Below, one piece after another: positions 45,950-64,000 of a stretch of DNA of 64,000 nt. Source of the stretch: Amoebidium appalachense (Eukaryota > Protista > Ichthyosporea); assembly GCA_963693365.1 (NCBI GenBank), contig CAVNZM010000010.1, forward strand, positions 9,316,826 through 9,380,825. Reading direction: 5' to 3'. Position 1 is the first letter of the stretch, and every line of letters starts with the position of its first letter. The notes beneath the pieces are model-generated. The model made no database searches and was not told where the DNA came from. It saw only the letters and a list, made by a program, of their open reading frames with translations. The position numbers and the translations under genes were made by a program.

Positions 45950-48088
45950 GTGTGTGTGTGTGCGCGTGCGCTATAATTTTGTAGTGATGTGTTTCTCAAG
46001 CCAATCAATACATCTAATAAACAGGTCGTAGTTACGCGTGTTTAGTATAAAATCAAGGATGTTGTAATTTACAGGTAGGCTATCTTTCTGGGTGTCTGTT
46101 GTGAATGTGACGTGTGTGTGTTGCGGTATTATGTGGTCTATCAAACTACATTTGGCGATACATGACCGGTTAAACTGGTGTGTGTGTGTGTTGTTTGGGC
46201 ATGCAAATGATGCCACCTTATACTTATTAGATCTCCACTGTATAGCACGTGTACAGTAAAAGCGTGGTAATTGATCAATAATACCATCAGCTAGAGAAAG
46301 ACCAGTTCTACAGGAAGGTAATATGTATTTAGGTGTTATACACTTGCGAGTGCCATATTTGGCAATATGGTTGAGGCGGTCAGTATATATAAAACGAGAC
46401 ATAAGGCTTAGTTTTTCAAGGTGTATGCTTTCATCGGGTCTAGTGTCGTGTGGTATCTTTTTCCATTTGTTATATTGCGTGATTATCTTGTGATTGTGTA
46501 CATGTTTAATAAGTAAGTGGCAGTCCAAAGTCACACACACACTATTGCGGGGTTTATTTGTATTTGTGCCCAGGGGAGAAGGGGAGAGAGAGGGGAGGAA
46601 AGAGGGGAGAGGTGAGGAGGGGACAGGTCGGATAGAGAAGAGAGGGTGGGAGGGCAAATACTTCTTTAAGCGGCTTATGTGCTTATTGAATTTCAGCGCG
46701 AGATAGGATACTCTAGCAGCTATTGGGACCAGACCATATATCGAGAGCGTTACAGGCCCAGGTTTACAACAGTTGTTAGATAGAAAGGAGGCAACTTCTG
46801 CTTCAAGGAAATTTGCCAAGGGTTTAAGCGCTCTAGTTCTCTCTTTCTTGATCCAAGCGGCGAGAAGGGGTAAACCATATTCACATGCCGGGAAGACAAA
46901 AGTGCGAATAAATGTAAGTCTAATAGAAGGATGGAGGGGTGTGTCTTTAAAAATATTAGCCGAGAAGAAAGCTAACCGCTTACGAGCCAACTCTACCCTC
47001 TTTTCGACCATATGGGGAAACATAACACCAACAGAATCAACCGGAACACCAAGATATTTGTATTCTGGAACTATAGGTACAGGTTTAGATGATAATGTAA
47101 ATGTGTGTAAATTGTTAGCTATATCAGGTACAAGAACACCACATTTGTCTATGTTAAGGATCATAAGGTTTGCCTTGCACCACTCTGACACTACATCGAA
47201 CAATCTTTGCAGGCGTCTAGGGGTACGGGCAAGGAGGGACAGATCATCAGCATAGAGAAGTGCAGGCGGAAAGTTATTAATAGGGTCATCGTTTTCGGCG
47301 TAAATCTTGACAGCCAAATCATCTATAAATAGGTTAAACAAAAAGGGGCTAAGCAATGAACCCTGCAAGAGACCTCTAGTACGAGCAAAACCATATGAAA
47401 GATGCCCATTAACCACAGCTCTACCATAGGTTTGAGACAAGAGTGCTTCTAACAGAACACCAATGCAGTGTGGTACACCCCGTGCAGCAAGCTTTTCCCA
47501 TAGGAGACCAGGGGAGACAGAATCGTAAGCAGTTTTCCAATCAATAAAGCCAACATATTGTGCACCAACTTGCATAGAATCGTGCAGTGCCATTATTTGA
47601 ACATAACATGAATTGTTTTTACGAAAAGCGGATTGGCATGGGTGTATGTGAAGAATAGATTGAAACCTAGGGTGATGTGCAAATAACCTAAGTAAGCAAG
47701 CTTCAAAGAATCTACGAACAACCTGGGTTAGTGTAATGGGGCGAAAGGATGATATGGGGCCCTCAGAGTCCTTCTTAACTATGGGGATCACTAAGGTATC
47801 TAACCAAGATGACGGGACATGTCCACATTTAACACACCAAGAAAAGAGAGAGCTTAACATGATAGTAAGATCAGGTTTAATAGCACGATCACTTTCCTTT
47901 TGTGGGTAGGAGGGAACAAGGATTTTAAGAAACCCAGCAGGGAGTCCATCAGGTCCACAAGACTTACTAGAGCTATAACTAGATATCACAGACCATATGG
48001 CATCGGGACTGAAAAAGGGGAGGATCGAAATTGAAGTACACCCTAACGCCGGCAGGGGGCGCATGATTATTTGTGATGACGTATGCAT
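45800..48088 (-). mobile_element. Non-LTR retrotransposon, 5'-truncated, with intact reverse transcriptase ORF and poly(A) tail
   Basis: Intronless AT-rich ORF 45971-48088 (705 aa) with RT motifs KSCGPDGLP, IPIVKK..FRPITL, QSAFRK, FIDWKTAYDSV, RGLLQGSLLSPFLFNLFIDDL, LLYADD, LNIDKC and YKYLGV. Cys/His C-terminal segment. Short 3' UTR with (CA)n and a GC hairpin, then ~57 A (T run 45800-45856). No endonuclease domain or TSD seen. Confidence 0.95.
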
Positions 48089-48171
48089 TGTGTTTTGTTA
48101 GGCGGCAGTACTTTTGTTTTTGTAGCTAAGGTCAAACGTAAACTTTCAGCATCTACACATCACACGTCAAC

Positions 48172-56657
<8,486 letters not shown>

Positions 56658-56905
56658 GCAGGCCCTGGGGATCACTCACTGAAGTTTTTCATCCTTGTAA
56701 TTTTGTGTGCCCAAGGATGGGTTCTGCTTATTATGCACACTCTTTATGTATGGGTTGCACTCTGGATCGTGTTATCCGTTGTTCTTGTGTACTTCGTACT
56801 TCATGACGCATTTAAACCCCCCCCCCCCCCCCCCCTCCCCCCTTAATCCCCCCCCCACCCCCTAGGGATCGCCCACTGAAGTATTTTGTCCTTGTATTTT
56901 GCATC

Positions 56906-56948
<43 letters not shown>

Positions 56949-57489
56949 CTTTTTTCCCACAAAAAAGCCACCCCCAAAAAAATAATTAGACAAAAAAAAG
57001 CAAAAAGAGAGAGAGAGAGAGAAAAGAAAAGATTAATACGGCAAGCTTTCTTTGGTTTCCCCTATCACCCTCTGTTGTTCCCATATGTGCATGCACACCC
57101 ACACGCACAAAACACACGCACACGTGCACAAAGACATGTGTACGCGCGCACACACAGGCACACTGGCCAACCTGTCGCACACACCGAGGCACGCACACAC
57201 ACAAGCACGGACGCGTGCACTCGCATACACCTACCTACAGACCGAAGCATTTTCACAAAGAAAACAAGCACTAAGCCTATGATCCCCCCCCCCCCCCCCC
57301 CCCCCCCCCCTTCAGTTCCTTGTCGTCTTCTTATGAAAGTCTCCACCTGGGCATCCTCACGCACACCGACACAGGCACAAACATACAAACACAGAAAGAC
57401 ACGCACACACAGTCGTACACACACGCGCATAAGGGGGATACCCTACCTACAGCACCAAGCCAAAGAACACAAGCACTAACGCTGCCTAC

Positions 57490-58563
57490 GGTATCATCCC
57501 TCAGAACAGATAATGGGAAAAACTGTAAAGTTTACAATTCTTTTTGGAGTTCCGTACGTGCAGGATTTTAGCTCGAGGTCAAGTTTCGGGGGCAGCAGTG
57601 CTGCCCTGCGACTACCTGGGGCGCCCACAATTTCTGGCCAACGGCTTAAGCTAATACCCTCCTCCGCGGGTATTAGCAGGCCAGAACACATTAGAACGGT
57701 ACCAAAATGTCAGGCAAATAAAGCTTCATTAGTTTCTGGAGGGAATTAGACTCATGCAGACGGTACAAAAAACACATGCTTTGGCTTCTCTGGACCCTTC
57801 GGAAGGCATTGATTATTACTATTTATTGCTTCGAGGCAGTCACAGAATCAAATAAACTTGTACATTTTGAACCCTCAACACAAAAGATTCTGCACGCGTT
57901 CAACGGAAGGCTATTTGCCTTGCATGCCTTGGCCCCAAGTAGAATAGCCTGCACACGTTTGGATTTTATTTCAGATGGTTCAACACTTCAAAAAGAATAT
58001 CCGCTGTCTGCTTTCGGAATTTATTTCAGATGGTTCATCACTACAAAAAGGATATCCTCTGTCTGCATTCGGAAGAGTTTAAACTTCAAAACAAAAGATT
58101 CCGTTTTGGACTCTCTACCTAATTAGCCTCAAAACAACAGATTCTGTCTGCTTTCAGAAGCTATTTAACTTATAGTGTGTACCTTAGACTCTCTATCTAA
58201 TCAGCTTCAAACCAACAGATTCTGTCGGCTTTCATAATCTATTAACATAGACCTTGTTCTCCAAAACAATCATATCCTACCAGTAGCCGGCACAAATCAT
58301 TGAGTAACTACTCAATTACGACTTAAGTAACTTATTCCCTCACTCATTCATAAATACACAATCACTCAAAACCGTTGTCATTCTCACTACTATCATGGCC
58401 ATCATTGCTAGGTTGTTACTACTGGCTAACACACTATTACAGTGCCTGCCCCAGTCAAAACTGTCATGGCCACCAAAGACATCCACTTCACCGTCAGGCT
58501 CTTCATCGAACTGCTCGACATGGGGTCCTGTGTGTGTGTGTCTGTGTGTGTTTGTGTGGGTAG

Positions 58564-58620
<57 letters not shown>

Positions 58621-58686
58621 CTGAGACAGGTGCCCTTCAATGAAGGGGTCATAGCACCAACCCTTCTGACAAAACATACACACATA

Positions 58687-58726
<40 letters not shown>

Positions 58727-60716
58727 CACGATATGACAGAAGAAAGAATTTTATTTAACACAAAAGTGCACACACATACCCACAGCATCAGCAATCTCCC
58801 CCCCCCTCGTAACCCCACCGAAGACCTCGTCGATGGGTTGGCACTGGTTTAGGACTGTCTAATGGATGGGTTTACGCTGTATGAAGGAAAAACCTCCAAA
58901 CCCGTCGACGACGTTGTAGACCGTTGGCGGAGTGGTTTACGACCCCTTTAGGGATGACCGACAGTATTGGGACAGCCCAATGTATAACCCTAACCACACC
59001 TATGGATGGGTTTACAGCAACCACAACTTTTGTGGTACTCCTAACCCCATACATTGGATGTACACTGCATGTCGTGCACACCTCCGGATTACGACATCAT
59101 AAAATGGTCTTGTTGCACCCCCTCGGAAGACTGTCTTAAGACGTCAGAAACAACTGTCGAATGGATGGGTTTACAATACCCATATAACACATAATGGGAG
59201 AAATTATAAACTTTACAATGTTGGGTAATCCACAACAGCCTATATATATAGTTGTCTGTATAGTAAAATGCTAGGACCGGTAGGTGCAACTTCCCATGAA
59301 ATGGGAATGATTTACTGATGTCAAAAGGCAATCGGCAAACACGGAGGCAAGATGCAAAGGGAAGGGAAGGGAAGGAAACACCAGTCGAACGCTGTCATTA
59401 TAGCTCATCTCAGGTTTAAACCAAAACCCTGCCGGCACTGCCGGCAGAACACACCTGCCTTCCAATCTTATTAAATGGACCGATTTCATATATGTACACA
59501 GGGAACCGGAGAATTATTCTAGCCGGCTTAGATACAAGCAAAATCGGCAGACAGGCCTGTGGTTTACCGTTTTCGATAGATCATACATGAGCTAACACAT
59601 GCTTACATGCTTGCCGCGCGCCTATTTGTGCTTACAGGGTTACCAGGAAGACCATGCAGTGTGCCAAATTTCACGAACCAACACCTGAAAATAAGAAGGG
59701 AAAACATGTGTCTGGAGATTGGGACAAGCAGAAGAGAAATGGATAACGGACTCAGAACGAACGTCTATGGAATATAAAATCATGGTCAGGGGACTCTGAG
59801 AGTCTAATCCCCCCTGCAAGACACCATCAAAATGCACTCATATGAAGAAGGTAAAACACATTCCCTGGACTCTGAGAGTCTACTTCTCCCTGCAGACACC
59901 ATCGTAACGCACTCATAAGTAGAAAGAAAAACAGACTTCATGGATTCTGAGAGTCCATTTCCTAGAGCAGAACATACTAATCAACCACATATTGTAAATG
60001 CTCAAAATATCGACCAGACTTTGAAAGTACGGGGTGGTTTTGTATATGAAGTACACTGGGACCGTTTGAATTCATCGAAAGAAAACAGACAACACAACAC
60101 ACACGAGTACTCCAACATTTAATTAAGACATACTACGAAATTTCCAGGGTGTCCGTTGCCGAAATATATTCATACAAGAAGAATCTCTCATTCATATAAG
60201 GTCGTTTAACACAATGGAGAGGCCAGGACTCTTTGTCGTAAGTCAACATATCTACACCGTGGAGGCAGTTTGCTATAACGAAGTATGCCAATTACGATTT
60301 CATTCCAAGGATAGCAATACCATACGCATTCGTGTGAAGGTCTATTGACGGTCATTCGAGTTATAACAGACACCATACAGAATATTACTATCCCTTGCGA
60401 GGGTTTCCGAAGGATGGTATTTTTTTCTTGATGCTGTATATGGGTACCCTTGGTCGTTTTGCGGGGACTGGCCCCTCCGTAGATGCTCGGCGCTTGTGTG
60501 TTTGTCCTGATGGGTAACGATACAACTTTAGTTACAACCAACCCTCAAAAATTCCTGCATACGTGCTTCATGAATTTCACACACACACTCACACAAGCTT
60601 TCTCTCTGTCACTCTCCCTCTTGCTGTCTATCTCTATCTCTATCTCCCTCTCTATCATCATCTCTTCTCCCCCTCTCACTCGCTGTCGCTCTCTCCCCCC
60701 CTCTCTCTCGCTCTGA

Positions 60717-60777
<61 letters not shown>

Positions 60778-61430
60778 CCCCCCCCCCCCCCCCCCCCCTC
60801 CCCCGTCTCTCTCTCTCCCTCTTAGCCCTACCTCCCTATCTCCGAATCTCCCTATTTCACTCGGACATGCAAATGCACATACACTGCACAGAAAATCGCA
60901 TAGACATTTGTCTCCCAAAAGCCCGTTTAGCATCACCACAAACAGGCTATGGAAACAGGCTATGGAATAATGCCAGTCGAGATACGTACCCGTCTTTGAC
61001 ATCACGAGCGGTTCGTTTTCTAAATCACATGACACGTCGTTTTGGAGACTGTTGGTGTCACCATCTGATTTGCTGGCCACACTGCCGGGGTTCTTGATGT
61101 TGTCGTTGTTGCTATTGCTCTCTGCGCTGTTGATGTCTGCATTGTGAATGTCAGTCCGAGTTCAGAGCCAATGCTCAGATAATGATTCGAAATGATTTTG
61201 TTGGTGTGGGTGGGGAAGCCTCAGAAGGAGTTTGTAACTTCTTTCAAGTCGAAAATTCCAATGCTCAGATAATGATTCGAAATGATTTTGTTGGTGTGGG
61301 TGGGGAAGCCTCAGAAGGAGTTTGTAACTTCTTTCAAGTCGAAAATTTTATCACCATTGTCGTTTTTCTGCCCATGCCCATAGGAAATGTTCAGGTGGTG
61401 GTGGTTGTGGTGTTTGTGGTGGTCTGATGT

Positions 61431-61477
<47 letters not shown>

Positions 61478-61551
61478 ATGCCATGTGGGGGGGGGGGGGG
61501 GGGGGGGGGAAGGGGCACCCGTGCATGTCATTGGCCGTGTGCTGGTTTGTG

Positions 61552-61609
<58 letters not shown>

Positions 61610-61934
61610 ATGTGCGTGTTCATGTGCATGTGCATGTGCATGTGTGGACGTCTGTCTCTGTGTACATGTTTAAATTATCTGCTTTAAAGCTCGGAAACGT
61701 ATTGTTTTGGGTTGATCAAATATGGGTTGTCAGTTCGGGGATGGTATTGGCCTAAGCAAGTTACACTCCTGTCATTCAATCGTGTTCATTTTACCTTTGT
61801 GCAAGATCAAGAAGCAAGAAAGTCAGGAACAGGATTATAGGGTTATGGTTTTCTTTTATTTATTTGTTTTGTTTTGCTTTTGTTCTTTTTATTTTTTATT
61901 TTTTATTTTTTATTTTTATTCTTTATTTTATTTT

Positions 61935-61983
<49 letters not shown>

Positions 61984-62331
61984 CCTCACCTGAATCGGGT
62001 GAGTCTGCACCATCCTGCTCCTCAGGGGATTCGTCTACGGCTGGTGCACCTATACGGTATAGTGTTTTTGCGCATGTGCGTGTGTGTGGGGATGTGTGGG
62101 GGTGTGCGTGGTGGAGGGGGTGGGGGTGGGGTGGGGATGGGGGGGGGGGGGGGGGGGGGGGGGGATTGGCCGTGAGGAACTGTTTGACATATTATGAGAT
62201 AGCATGAAGGGTTTGCTAATGGGGTAGACTATTTGTAGGAGAGACAGATTGTCGCTGAGAGAAACACACATAATGAAGGGTTAGTGTTGGTGGGTGGTGG
62301 GATGGGATGTGGGTATGTTTTTTTTTTTTTT

Positions 62332-62362
<31 letters not shown>

Positions 62363-63100
62363 GGGGAGAATACAGACACAACATACAAGTAAACGAGGTA
62401 CAGGATTCTAGGGTGTGTTTCCATGATTTTGGGCCATAACAAAGTCCAGCGGTTTGCGGGTCTATTGAATGACGATGTGGACTGAGAAGACACCTTGAAG
62501 GTGTTTGTGAGACTTGTGACTCGTGCCGGGCATAATTTTAAGTGCATGTATGTCTAGGGTTGTTGAGGGTTGAGGAGAGAGTTGAGGGGGGAAAGGGGGT
62601 GGAGAAGGGGGGGGGGGTTGGGGGGTGGGGGTGGTGGTGGTGGTGGTGGTGGGGGGGGGGGGGGGGAGGAAGGTTTTAAAAACTTAGTACTAAAGTCGAT
62701 GCAGTCTCCACATCTATTTATGGAACAGAACTCCACAACAGTTACCATAGTAAAGTATACAGTAACAGCCGATATGTTAACGGATTCTGCTTCAATCATG
62801 TTGAAGGAAGTGATCTCGAAGGATACAAGGGGAGGAGAGTGGGAGAATGGAAGTAGGACGGGTACGGTGTGTGTATGAGGGTGTAGGGGTTTAAAGTGAA
62901 TATGGGCGGGTCACGGTGGGGGGGGGGGGGGGGGGTGTTGGACATTGTGTTCATAGAAGCTAGTTCTAGTGCACGTTGTTCCTTCTGTAAGTCAGAAATG
63001 ATTGCATCTTGTGAGGCCAACCTCTGCTCCAGTAGTTGGACTAGTTGCTGCAACTGTAAGTTGTCAGACATAGTGTCGTGTATGATGGGTAACTAGTCTA
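57490..63100. pseudogene. Decayed, probably element-derived coding remnants
   Basis: AT-richer, high-complexity patches with broken frames. These include a coiled-coil start MSDNLQLQQLVQLLEQRLASQDAIISDLQ (62796-63071, -) with a TATA-like box ~63185, a chromodomain-like remnant (~59985-60070, +) and degenerate repeats (57870-58290, 59790-59955). Confidence 0.3.
61168..61347. repeat. 90-bp exact tandem duplication
   Basis: CCAATGCTCAGATAATGATTCG..GTCGAAAATT begins at 61168 and 61258. Confidence 0.95.
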
Positions 63101-64000
63101 TGTGTTTTGTGCACTGGAAACGACAGTAGAAAAGTGTAAATCAAACGTTCTGCTTCCCATGTTTGTGACATGGGAGGCACTGCTTTATATAGTCGTTGGC
63201 CACCTCATGGTGGCCTCGTGTGCACCCTGGTGGTGGGCCATGTACAGCATGGCCGAAAAGAGAGCACAATGAAAACAAGTCGTTAAAGATATAAAAGTTA
63301 ACTGTGCACGTTGAGTGGCTAGTTAACTTGCACTAAAGCACACAAATAAACGTGTTTAACACACCAATTGCAGTTAAACGTAAATCTTGCTTCACACAAC
63401 TAAAAATATTCTGAGAATATCCGGGAATAAAGCACACTACCACTCTAAGAATAGAATCCTGTGGCAAATATAGACATGACATCATCTGAACCGGGAATAT
63501 TAATTAATGAGCACAATTAGCACGTTGCTAGTGAAGCTCGTCATTGGTACAGTTTTGGCTCAAACATATAACTACCATATATGAATATGACCGTAAACAA
63601 AAGCTCTATGCACTCGAGTGAGTGTTGAAACAGTTATTCAATTGCTCAGAAACTTTCTCTAACAGACATTGCTTGTTAATTTCTATAAGTATTTGGGATG
63701 TAAGCAGAGACACAGTGGTGCAGTGTGAAAACACCACAGACACACACAACAACAAAACACGGAACGATCGGAGCAGTGTACACAACAGACATCAATGTTT
63801 AGACACGACTCCCCTGAATTTATTCTGATCTTCGAATAAATACCTGAAATTCCTCTAAGTCCAATCCATACATGATTTCCGACCAGTCGGAAATCAGATC
63901 CATCTCTAATAGAAACCAATCACTAAGAACCAATTGCTTTCAGAGAGATCCGGTACGCGGAGGCGTACACGATAGGACACAGACACTAGTTAGGATCAAC

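Noticed and set aside
48050-48063. CTCF-like motif CCGGCAGGGGGCGC before RPN11
   Set aside because: CTCF is known from bilaterian animals and nothing here shows it is present. More likely a generic GC-rich promoter element.

Overview
Eukaryotic, extremely intron-rich genomic DNA, saturated with (GT/CA)n, (CT/GA)n and poly-G/poly-C runs. Almost all long ORFs in the supplied track are microsatellite artefacts, so genes were reconstructed by hand from splice sites and protein motifs. Five genes are recognisable: a BRD7/BRD9-like bromodomain gene (-, runs off the left end), aprataxin with FHA + HIT + C2H2 domains (+), a full-length membrane-bound SREBP (-), a single-finger GATA factor (+) and the proteasome lid deubiquitinase RPN11/PSMD14 (+, 13 coding exons). 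There are also two orphan minus-strand genes, one with two RVxF motifs. Mobile DNA comprises a non-LTR retrotransposon with an intact RT domain lying head-to-head immediately upstream of RPN11, a second truncated non-LTR element embedded in a (TG)n tract, a TTAA-flanked piggyBac-like MITE and decayed element-like sequence at the right end. The gene set points to an opisthokont, probably a unicellular holozoan (inference only). The most unusual signals concern splicing: tandem duplications repeatedly anchored on splice junctions, several GC-AG introns, G-rich acceptors without a polypyrimidine tract, and a sense-oriented intronic motif shared by three genes. Other notable signals are a shared structured 3' tail between two elements and possible alternative first exons in SREBP. 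Exon coordinates were counted by eye and may be off by a few bases.
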